A program made the translations under genes and the position numbers. DNA of 64,000 nt from a virus. Lineage: Duplodnaviria > Caudoviricetes. The notes under the pieces are model-generated. The model saw only the letters and a list, made by a program, of their open reading frames with translations. It was not told the origin of the DNA and ran no database searches. This document shows, piece by piece, positions 8,571 through 15,854 of this stretch (the stretch's first letter is position 1; each line of letters opens with the position of its first letter). Location of the stretch: IMG/VR virus record IMGVR_UViG_3300043427_002668; one strand, 5' to 3'.

Positions 8571-8685
8571 TAAGTGTGGTGAGGAGAAACCTCTTGACGA
8601 AAACCACTATCAGGTGGTAAAGTACTTTCGTGGAGGTTTCTCCTACTATTGTAATGAGTGTAACAAACCAAAACCCAAAGATTGA
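8482..8685 (+). CDS. Zn-finger protein (CxxC...CxxC)
   Basis: CDKC...CNEC; GGAGG 8 nt upstream of ATG 8482. Confidence 0.6.
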   Translation: MLRQLIRTLKTNLKTSKKHENDREKTRRCDKCGEEKPLDENHYQVVKYFRGGFSYYCNECNKPKPKD

Positions 8686-8687
8686 TT

Positions 8688-9173
8688 ATGGACTTTGATT
8701 ACAAAAAGTATTCACTTGAAAAACTGAATGAATGGATGCACGATGCAATCTCCTGCAGTGAAGCAACACCGCAGGAGATTTATGATGTGATTAAAGATGT
8801 AGTGAGTGAGAACTACTACACTTACAAGAATGAAACTGAAAAGTGTTATGAACTTCTTGCATTGTTGAATGGTAATGGTGTAGGTCATATTCAAGAGGGC
8901 AACGATAGCATTGTACTCTGTGACTTTGATGATGATTCTTTATATTGTAGGGGATCTTGGACTGATTTTTGGGAAAATGATGATGTGATTGAAGAAGATA
9001 AAGTAGTTAAGTGGCAACTTCCAGTTCAAGTTGATGGATTGACTGGGGAGTGTTATGTTAACTTTCCCGATGATTTGTTAGAAGCAGCAAATCTAAAAGA
9101 AGGTGATACTGTGGAGTGGGTAGATAATAATGATGGTAGCTTTACAATGAGGAAAGTTAATGGCACTAAGTAA
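8688..9173 (+). CDS. Protein with C-terminal AbrB/MazE-like DNA-binding domain
   Basis: C-terminus ...YVNFPDDLLEAANLKEGDTVEWVDNNDGSFTMRKV. Confidence 0.6.
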   Translation: MDFDYKKYSLEKLNEWMHDAISCSEATPQEIYDVIKDVVSENYYTYKNETEKCYELLALLNGNGVGHIQEGNDSIVLCDFDDDSLYCRGSWTDFWENDDVIEEDKVVKWQLPVQVDGLTGECYVNFPDDLLEAANLKEGDTVEWVDNNDGSFTMRKVNGTK

Positions 9174-9387
9174 GCAAACACTAGAACATCTGTTAGAAGC
9201 AGAAAGTCATCTGAGAGCAGCAATCAAGTCTGCATCTGTGAATGAAAAACCTCTGGTTATTCAACAACTATCCAAGATTCTTCTTGATATGGAACAATGC
9301 AAGAAGTTTGAGGAGATTATGGATATGTTGGATAATCGTAGACCTGGAAGTAAAGGTAACTTTGGTTCGTTCTTTGATAATGATTAA
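9160..9387 (+). CDS. Hypothetical protein
   Basis: 75-aa ORF with AGGA RBS. Confidence 0.65.
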   Translation: MALSKQTLEHLLEAESHLRAAIKSASVNEKPLVIQQLSKILLDMEQCKKFEEIMDMLDNRRPGSKGNFGSFFDND

Positions 9388-9474
9388 GTTTTGTAACGAC
9401 ACTCTAAAGACATCATTAAGGAATCGCACTTCTCTCTTAAATACTGTTAGGATTTAAAGATATATGGGAGCAAA

Positions 9475-9642
9475 ATGATGACTTATTCCAAGAAGAATAC
9501 CAGTGAACTCACACAAACTGAATGGGATGAGATGGTTGCTCTTAAGAACGCAATAAATCACGATATTACTCAAGTTCATACAGAAAAACTAGAACAATTC
9601 ACAGAATATCTTGTTCGTAGTTTGAAGGAGAAAGGTGGTTGA
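9475..9642 (+). CDS. Hypothetical protein (55 aa)
   Basis: MMTYSKKNTSELTQTEWDEMVALK...; GGGAG RBS. Confidence 0.55.
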   Translation: MMTYSKKNTSELTQTEWDEMVALKNAINHDITQVHTEKLEQFTEYLVRSLKEKGG

Positions 9643-9645
9643 CTG

Positions 9646-9681
9646 AAAGGGGGGACGCCTAAAGTGCCCTAGTAATGTAAG
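9646..9681 (+). promoter_or_regulatory. Repeated intergenic element, copy 1 of 13
   Basis: AAAGGGGGGACGCCTAAAGTGCCCTAGTAATGTAAG. Confidence 0.85.
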
Positions 9682-9692
9682 CACAACATTCA

Positions 9693-10088
9693 ATGGCAAC
9701 CCGCTCACGCATCGGTATTGAACTCGCTGATGGTTCTGTTCTCTCTGCATACCACCACTGGGATGGTTATCCCGAATGGTTGGGTCGCATCCTGAAGACG
9801 CACTACAATAGCAAAGAACTTGCTGCCGAACTGATTGATGGTGGTGATATGTCCTGTGCTTGGACTGATGAACGTTGGGATTTGAGTGCTGATGGATCTT
9901 ATGGACCTAACTATTACTCCTATCGTGGTCAGAATTGCCCTCCTCGCCTTGATGCTAACCTGATTGAGTATGTTGGTGATGCTGAAGAGTATGCTTATCT
10001 CTACACTTTGAAAGGTGAATGGGTGTGCTACGAACTTCACGAAACTCCTAAAATCGTTGAAATCCCCTCTGCTGCTCTTCACGTTTGA
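9693..10088 (+). CDS. Conserved phage hypothetical protein
   Basis: MATRSRIG...YHHWDGYPEWLG motif. Confidence 0.75.
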   Translation: MATRSRIGIELADGSVLSAYHHWDGYPEWLGRILKTHYNSKELAAELIDGGDMSCAWTDERWDLSADGSYGPNYYSYRGQNCPPRLDANLIEYVGDAEEYAYLYTLKGEWVCYELHETPKIVEIPSAALHV

Positions 10089-10090
10089 TT

Positions 10091-10249
10091 ATGAAACCAA
10101 AGTATCTTGCTGCTGGATTGATTGCTTTCTCTGCTGTGATTGGGTGGAATGTCTTTCTAGTTCAACGTGATGATGTGATGTATAAAGAATACTATCGTCG
10201 TCAAGCAATCGAGAACATTAAGCAACCAATTAGCAGTCAGATACGATGA
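10091..10249 (+). CDS. Small membrane protein (52 aa)
   Basis: MKPKYLAAGLIAFSAVIGWNVFLV... Confidence 0.55.
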   Translation: MKPKYLAAGLIAFSAVIGWNVFLVQRDDVMYKEYYRRQAIENIKQPISSQIR

Positions 10250-10377
10250 GTTTATCACTTGCAATCGCAATCTACTGTGCTATGATTGCTGTGGTCTCAT
10301 CACTTCTCACCTATTATTTCAAGGTGATGAGACCTAGAGAAGAAGAACAAATTAAAGGAGGAAAAACTTTTGATTGA
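10246..10377 (+). CDS. Small membrane protein (43 aa)
   Basis: MSLSLAIAIYCAMIAVVSSLLTYYF...; ATGA-coupled. Confidence 0.5.
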   Translation: MSLSLAIAIYCAMIAVVSSLLTYYFKVMRPREEEQIKGGKTFD

Positions 10378-10507
10378 TTATAACAAAGACCGCAAAGATC
10401 TTCAGATTGATAGGACTGCTGAAGATTTTTGTTCTTATATTGAAGAACTTGCATCTAAATATGAGGTCACTTGCGACTACATTTTAGAGGAGTTTCTCTT
10501 AGACTAA
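10370..10507 (+). CDS. Small acidic protein (TTG start)
   Basis: GGAGG RBS; ends ...EVTCDYILEEFLLD. Confidence 0.5.
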   Translation: MIDYNKDRKDLQIDRTAEDFCSYIEELASKYEVTCDYILEEFLLD

Positions 10508-10926
10508 TGAAACAATTACTTTGGGGAATTACATTCTCTTTACTTGCTACATCACTTCCAGTCAAAGCACAGCAAACAAACATTTATTCAGTTTGCACTA
10601 ACTATCAGGAGAACTATGCTCCTGGTTATTATGATGCTTATGGGAACTACGTTCAAGGAAATGTGAATACACAACGATATAACGTTCAATGTGGAACTGG
10701 AACGTATTATCGTCCAAATGGTGGAAATGTGTATCAATCTCCAGTTGCTGCTCCGATAGCACAACCTGGATATGGTAGGGGTTATTGTTCTCCCGCAAGA
10801 ACAACTCTTGGTGGATTGCTTGGTGGTGGTATTGGTGCAGCAGTATCTAAAAAAGACGCTTGGAGTTGGGCTATTCCTCTAGGTGCAGTTCTTGGTGCTG
10901 GTGCTGCTAATGCTACCTGCTATTGA
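10507..10926 (+). CDS. Signal-peptide protein with C-terminal glycine zipper
   Basis: MKQLLWGITFSLLATSLPVKA; LGGLLGGGIGAAV...LGAVLGAGAA. Confidence 0.7.
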   Translation: MKQLLWGITFSLLATSLPVKAQQTNIYSVCTNYQENYAPGYYDAYGNYVQGNVNTQRYNVQCGTGTYYRPNGGNVYQSPVAAPIAQPGYGRGYCSPARTTLGGLLGGGIGAAVSKKDAWSWAIPLGAVLGAGAANATCY

Positions 10927-10974
10927 CTTAAACCAAACTAACGATTAAACTAAAGGAGTAATTTACAAAGACAA

Positions 10975-11205
10975 ATGAAGTATCTTTATATCGTTGATTA
11001 CTGGGTTCCTTTTCCAGCATCTGAAGGTGGTGGTCTTATCAATCTGATTGCTGAATCTGATACTGAGGCATTTGAACTTCTTATTGTAGAAAAGCAGTTT
11101 GATGATCGTTATACTGATCGGATTATGGAACGAGTAGTGAACTCCCAGAAGTTTGCTCTTGTTGATGAATATGAATCTGGTATTCTTGAAGCATTTACGA
11201 CCTGA
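10975..11205 (+). CDS. Conserved cyanophage hypothetical protein
   Basis: YLYIVDYWVPFPASEGGG; AAGGAG upstream. Confidence 0.7.
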   Translation: MKYLYIVDYWVPFPASEGGGLINLIAESDTEAFELLIVEKQFDDRYTDRIMERVVNSQKFALVDEYESGILEAFTT

Positions 11206-11366
11206 TGAGTAATCCTGAAATCAACCGTCTTGCATTTGATTTGAAGCAACAATACCAAGACCGCATCGAAGATTTGCAACAGAAGATTACAGAACAGCAG
11301 AAGGAGATCCTAAAACTCCAAGAACAGATTAAACTGCTCTCATACGACAAATACTACGATTGTTGA
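11205..11366 (+). CDS. Hypothetical coiled-coil protein (53 aa)
   Basis: TGATG-coupled; Q/E/K-rich heptads. Confidence 0.55.
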   Translation: MSNPEINRLAFDLKQQYQDRIEDLQQKITEQQKEILKLQEQIKLLSYDKYYDC

Positions 11367-11665
11367 TGAAACTCTCAGTTGATCTCATTCCTCAGTTTAC
11401 ACACAAAGCACCAGAAGGTTATAGTTATGAAGTTGAAGAGTTCAAACGTGGTATCTTTTCTATTTGGTTGTGCTGCAACCGCAAGTTTGATTACAATATG
11501 GGGAAACCTACCAGGACCATCTGGGGATTTTACAACTACAAAAAGTGTGAGTTCTATAGTCCTGTAAATAGTAGTACAGTTGGTAAAGTTGTGAATTTCA
11601 AAGATACGCGAGACTACACGGCTATGCCTCTTAACCTTAATCCTCTTATGTCCGCATTTGTATGA
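11366..11665 (+). CDS. Conserved cyanophage hypothetical protein
   Basis: F.HKAPEGYSYEVEEFK...IWGFY. Confidence 0.7.
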   Translation: MKLSVDLIPQFTHKAPEGYSYEVEEFKRGIFSIWLCCNRKFDYNMGKPTRTIWGFYNYKKCEFYSPVNSSTVGKVVNFKDTRDYTAMPLNLNPLMSAFV

Positions 11666-11841
11666 TTTTCTCTGAAGGTACTGCAGTCATCTATAAAGAA
11701 ATGTGTGGTGTGATTGATTTTGTATGCGACCATTATGTTGTTATACAACTTCCCGCACATCCTAGTCGCAATGCTCCACGATTGTTAGTCTTCAGAGAAT
11801 ATTATAAACAAATTGCAATACAGAAAGCATCAACTAAATGA
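11662..11841 (+). CDS. Hypothetical protein (59 aa)
   Basis: ATGA-coupled on both sides. Confidence 0.55.
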   Translation: MIFSEGTAVIYKEMCGVIDFVCDHYVVIQLPAHPSRNAPRLLVFREYYKQIAIQKASTK

Positions 11842-12053
11842 AACAAAAGAAAACTATCTGGAGACTGATTGCAAAGTCTTTAGGTGAAAAAGCAGGTAAA
11901 AATGATAATGAGGCGGATAGGATTGCTCTTATCCGTCTTTTGATGTTTCTTTCTATTTTTATTACAAACGCATTTATTATCTTTAATGCTGTAAGAACTC
12001 ATATTGTACCTGCAGAACCTAAACCAGTGAAGTGTATCATTCTAAATACATAA
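11838..12053 (+). CDS. Small membrane protein
   Basis: WRLIAKSLGEKAG...ADRIALIR followed by a TM helix. Confidence 0.7.
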   Translation: MKQKKTIWRLIAKSLGEKAGKNDNEADRIALIRLLMFLSIFITNAFIIFNAVRTHIVPAEPKPVKCIILNT

Positions 12054-12068
12054 AAACATACTAGACAA

Positions 12069-12272
12069 ATGCTAACTTTTAGAGAGTTTGTTGAAAAATT
12101 GCAAGAACAAGATCCTCATATGACGCCAACATCTTTTAATGTTGCAAAAGCAAGAGAACAAGCAAAAGGTGGTATTCAACATAGAAAACACGTTCACGGA
12201 GAACTTGCAAGAGAAGCAGGAGCACAACAATCAGCAAAAAATGCAAGATTAAAAGCAATTATGTCTCGTTGA
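12069..12272 (+). CDS. Putative internal head protein (capsid-targeting-like N-terminus)
   Basis: MLTFREFVEKLQE; late-promoter-like CTAAATA at 12042-12048. Confidence 0.55.
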   Translation: MLTFREFVEKLQEQDPHMTPTSFNVAKAREQAKGGIQHRKHVHGELAREAGAQQSAKNARLKAIMSR

Positions 12273-12276
12273 TAAG

Positions 12277-12311
12277 AAAGGGGGACGCCCAAAGTGTTCT
12301 AATAATGTAAG
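12277..12311 (+). promoter_or_regulatory. Repeated intergenic element, copy 2
   Basis: AAAGGGGGACGCCCAAAGTGTTCTAATAATGTAAG. Confidence 0.85.
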
Positions 12312-12322
12312 CACCCATTAAG

Positions 12323-12460
12323 ATGGATCCTTTCAACGACAACTATCAAATCGAAGAGGAAGGTTACTTCAACTTTGTCGAAGAAGACGACATCTTTATC
12401 GACGAAGAGTTTGATGATAAATCCTTCGCTGAATACATTAACGCTACCTACGACTTCTGA
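12323..12460 (+). CDS. Highly acidic, aromatic-rich 45-aa protein (not in ORF track)
   Basis: MDPFNDNYQIEEEGYFNFVEEDDIFIDEEFDDKSFAEYINATYDF; first ORF after element copy 2. Confidence 0.6.
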   Translation: MDPFNDNYQIEEEGYFNFVEEDDIFIDEEFDDKSFAEYINATYDF

Positions 12461-12462
12461 TT

Positions 12463-12675
12463 ATGACCGAAACTGTGAACGTGCTGCCTCATCTGAACGA
12501 ACTGAAAGAGATCTGGCGCAAGCAAGATTTTACCTTCACCAAACAACAACAGGAAGAATATGATATTCTACTTGCTGCCCGTCGTGAACGTGTAAAGTAT
12601 TTCTATGATAATGACTTGGTGTGTAAGATTAGCAAGTCCGCTCAAGATAAACTTCGTGATGCTGCAGATAACTAA
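12463..12675 (+). CDS. Hypothetical protein
   Basis: 70-aa ORF. Confidence 0.65.
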   Translation: MTETVNVLPHLNELKEIWRKQDFTFTKQQQEEYDILLAARRERVKYFYDNDLVCKISKSAQDKLRDAADN

Positions 12676-12702
12676 ATAATAAAAAAGACTGTTTAGATAC
12701 CA

Positions 12703-13293
12703 ATGAGAACCTTTCAGGAATTTGTTTTGATTGCTGAAGCATCTTATGATGCTAGTGTAATGAGTTCTTCTCAAATCCGTAAAACTGGAGAAGGTGGAAG
12801 AATTGGTGCAGAACGTAAGAAATCTGCTCCTGAAAGGCGTCGTATGAAAGCAGTCGGCGGTGGTAAGATGGAACCCGTTGATTACAAACCACGCAAAGAT
12901 ATTGGATCTCAAAGACAAGCATCCACAAGAGTTCAACAACCAGAAAAAGAGCGTGGAAGTGCTGAAGTAAAGCAATCTTATGCTGAAAAGGTAAAGGCAG
13001 AACGTAGAGCAGCAGCAAAAGCAAGAGCAGCAGCAAAGAAAGGTGGTGGAGAAGCACCAGCAGCAAAACCAAAGGCAAAAGATGTAGCAAAAACTGCATC
13101 TAAACTTCTTTCAACTAAGAAACCAGAAGCACAAGCACATCCTGATTACAAACCACAAAAAGCATCAGGACTTTCTACACAAGAAAGAAAAGCACTTTAC
13201 AAGAAAGGTGAAAGAAAACTGAGAGATCTTGTTCTACAATCAACTGGTAAGAAATCAGAGAAAGAACTCAAGCACAAATACACTTCTAAATAA
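12703..13293 (+). CDS. Putative internal head protein, Lys/Ala/Arg-rich
   Basis: MRTFQEFVLIAE resembles the T4 IP capsid-targeting sequence; CTAAATA at 12672-12678. Confidence 0.6.
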   Translation: MRTFQEFVLIAEASYDASVMSSSQIRKTGEGGRIGAERKKSAPERRRMKAVGGGKMEPVDYKPRKDIGSQRQASTRVQQPEKERGSAEVKQSYAEKVKAERRAAAKARAAAKKGGGEAPAAKPKAKDVAKTASKLLSTKKPEAQAHPDYKPQKASGLSTQERKALYKKGERKLRDLVLQSTGKKSEKELKHKYTSK

Positions 13294-13317
13294 TCAACAC
13301 TTACTTGAAACTTTATT

Positions 13318-13632
13318 ATGGCTACTTGGAGAGCAGAAGTATTTGTTAACTCACAAGTCGGTAGGATTACGACTGAAGTTGAAGCAGCAACTATTAGTGG
13401 AGCAAAACAGCAGATTTATGCTAAGCACGGTGATGTTCAGCAGATTACAAATTTGAGAGAAGTTCGCTCCAATGGTGGAGGTTCTTCATTCAGTTCTGGA
13501 GATACTGAAGGACTTGTATGGTTAGCAGGAATTGGATTTATTCTTTACTTATTCGTAACTTACTGGTATATTGCTATTCCTGTTTCCCTTGTCCTTGGTA
13601 TTCTCATCATAATGGGAATGTCGGGTGATTGA
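13318..13632 (+). CDS. Membrane protein
   Basis: Two C-terminal hydrophobic segments. Confidence 0.65.
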   Translation: MATWRAEVFVNSQVGRITTEVEAATISGAKQQIYAKHGDVQQITNLREVRSNGGGSSFSSGDTEGLVWLAGIGFILYLFVTYWYIAIPVSLVLGILIIMGMSGD

Positions 13633-13666
13633 AAGGGGGGACGCCTAAACTGTCCTAGTATTAGAT
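13632..13666 (+). promoter_or_regulatory. Repeated intergenic element, copy 3
   Basis: AAAGGGGGGACGCCTAAACTGTCCTAGTATTAGAT. Confidence 0.85.
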
Positions 13667-13667
13667 A

Positions 13668-14909
13668 ATGCAACTTATGAACATTCAACTTCGCCCTCAT
13701 CAGGAACGTGGTGTTGCTGCTATGCAACAGCATAACAAAGGTCAGATCATTGTTCCTACTGGTGGTGGAAAGACTCTCAAGATGATCTATGATGCTCTGC
13801 GTGAGTTCCAGTCTGAAACTCCTCAGACCATTGTTGTAGTCGCTCCGCGTATTCTGCTTGCAGAGCAACTGTCTGCTGAGTTTCTGGAGTTTATCACTAA
13901 CGCTAAAGTCTTCCACGTTCATAGTGGTGAGACGCATCACGAATCTTCTACTCGTCCGCGTGAGATTTACAACTGGGTTAATGCTAATGCCGACAATCAT
14001 CGCCTGATTGTAACCACCTACAACTCTCTGTCGCGTCTTCAAGTCGCAGAGATTGATGTGGATACGATCTACTTTGACGAAGCACATAACAGCGTTCAGC
14101 GTCACTTTTTCCCTGCTACAGAGCACTTCTCTGCTAACGCAAAACGTGCGTACTTCTTCACTGCTACCCCCAAACATTCGCTTGCTGTGGGTAAACCAGG
14201 AATGAATGATTCTGCAGTCTACGGTCAAGTGATCTGCAAAGTTCCTGCTCCTGAGCTAGTTGAAGGTGGATACATTGTGCCTCCTAAAGTTATCGTCAAG
14301 CAACTGCCGATGGTAACTGGTAAGCAGACCAACTATGATCGGGACGCTGAGAATCTGCTGGAAACGATTGATGAGAACAGCGTCGGTAAGATCCTGATCT
14401 GTTCTAAGGCAACCAAGCAAATCGTTGCTCTGGTGTCTGAAACTGATTTCTGCTCCGAACTAGAGAATCGCGGTTACTCTTGGATGTATATCACTGCCAA
14501 GACTGGTGCTGTGATTGATGGTCGCAAAGTGAACCGTGAGGTATTCTTTGACACCCTATCTGCCTGGGGTAAGGATAACGACAAAAAGTTTGTTGTTCTA
14601 CACCATAGCATCCTCGCTGAGGGTATCAACGTCAGCGGTCTGGAAGCGGTACTCTTCCTCCGTAATATGGACTTCATTGGTATCAGTCAGACCATCGGAC
14701 GTTGCATCCGTCTGCATCACGATGATGCGAAAGGTATGCGCGATGGACGTATTGAACCTGGCAACCTCACTCAGTATAGCAAATCGTTTGGTCTGGTTTG
14801 TGTGCCTGTGTACTCTAAGGTTGGTATCAGCACTGCTCGCGCAGTTCAGTCTGTTGTTGATACTATTTTTCAGAAGGGGGAACCTGCCATCAGTGTGGTT
14901 CGCAGGTGA
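13668..14909 (+). CDS. SF2 (DEAH/ResIII-like) helicase
   Basis: LRPHQ, PTGGGKT, FDEAH, TATP, LAEGINV, QTIGRCIR. Confidence 0.92.
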   Translation: MQLMNIQLRPHQERGVAAMQQHNKGQIIVPTGGGKTLKMIYDALREFQSETPQTIVVVAPRILLAEQLSAEFLEFITNAKVFHVHSGETHHESSTRPREIYNWVNANADNHRLIVTTYNSLSRLQVAEIDVDTIYFDEAHNSVQRHFFPATEHFSANAKRAYFFTATPKHSLAVGKPGMNDSAVYGQVICKVPAPELVEGGYIVPPKVIVKQLPMVTGKQTNYDRDAENLLETIDENSVGKILICSKATKQIVALVSETDFCSELENRGYSWMYITAKTGAVIDGRKVNREVFFDTLSAWGKDNDKKFVVLHHSILAEGINVSGLEAVLFLRNMDFIGISQTIGRCIRLHHDDAKGMRDGRIEPGNLTQYSKSFGLVCVPVYSKVGISTARAVQSVVDTIFQKGEPAISVVRR

Positions 14910-14932
14910 GTCTCACTGAGAACCCAGTCTCC

Positions 14933-14958
14933 ATCAGGGTGCAAACCCTGATTTTTTT
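14933..14958 (+). terminator. Rho-independent terminator
   Basis: ATCAGGGT-GCAA-ACCCTGAT followed by T6. Confidence 0.8.
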
Positions 14959-15030
14959 GCATTTCTACTGCAGACGTGCTATGATAGGTCTGCTGCAACC
15001 AAATCAACGATTTTTTGGAAAGTATAACAA

Positions 15031-15204
15031 ATGGAAGGATTCACAATGTATAAAGATGAGTACGCTGCGATTCCTTATGGAAAACAGTATCTCATTATAC
15101 ACAAGGGTCAACAACTTGAGAAACTTTGTAAGACTGAGGCATCAGCACGAAAGTACATCACAGATCACAAGAAGGGTAAAAGTGTAGCACAACTCCCATT
15201 GTAA
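15031..15204 (+). CDS. Hypothetical protein (57 aa)
   Basis: MEGFTMYKDEYAAIPYGKQYLIIHKG... Confidence 0.55.
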   Translation: MEGFTMYKDEYAAIPYGKQYLIIHKGQQLEKLCKTEASARKYITDHKKGKSVAQLPL

Positions 15205-15205
15205 C

Positions 15206-15240
15206 AAAGGGGGGACGCCTAAAATGTTCCAATAGTGTAT
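15206..15240 (+). promoter_or_regulatory. Repeated intergenic element, copy 4
   Basis: AAAGGGGGGACGCCTAAAATGTTCCAATAGTGTAT. Confidence 0.8.
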
Positions 15241-15251
15241 CAACACAAATC

Positions 15252-15854
15252 ATGACAGTTCTTTCTATTCTCAATGAAACTATTGAGGAAGCAGTTGAAA
15301 ATAGCAATCAAGAATGGAAAGGTTCTCCATTTGAACCTCTGACTCTTATCACTAATGATGAGCGTGGTCGTTGGGGTGAAAAGTTCCTCTTCCGTATCAT
15401 TACTGAGGTTGCTAAGATTGAATCTAAGTGGGATGGTGATTGTAACACCCGCCCTGAAGATGGTGGCACTTATGACATCCTCGTCAATCTGATTAAGAAA
15501 CTCAAGAATGAAGTAAAGACTGCATTTTCGTGTGCTAAGAGTGCCAACTGGCAACATGAGAACATCTATGCTAAATCTGTCTGGGACAAATTGACGTTTG
15601 TTGATGTAGACTATGATAAGATCTACATTACTGTCCTGACTCCTGCTAACATGGAGAAACTCTTTCAGAATGAGAAAGATCCTATTCTTGGAAAGAAAGC
15701 AACTCTCCGTGAATCTCAAGAGGATAAGTGGAAGTTTGATTTCTCCCGTGTTACTGTTGCAAATGCTATCAAAGCAGGTTATACTTTCTGTTATGACGTA
15801 AATAACCCTGACGATGCTGGGGTTGTCTCTCACCTTGTTAAGCACTTTGGTTGA
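15252..15854 (+). CDS. Putative PD-(D/E)xK restriction endonuclease
   Basis: ERGRWGE helix, TYDILV...NEVKTA catalytic-type motif; stop overlaps the methyltransferase start. Confidence 0.6.
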   Translation: MTVLSILNETIEEAVENSNQEWKGSPFEPLTLITNDERGRWGEKFLFRIITEVAKIESKWDGDCNTRPEDGGTYDILVNLIKKLKNEVKTAFSCAKSANWQHENIYAKSVWDKLTFVDVDYDKIYITVLTPANMEKLFQNEKDPILGKKATLRESQEDKWKFDFSRVTVANAIKAGYTFCYDVNNPDDAGVVSHLVKHFG

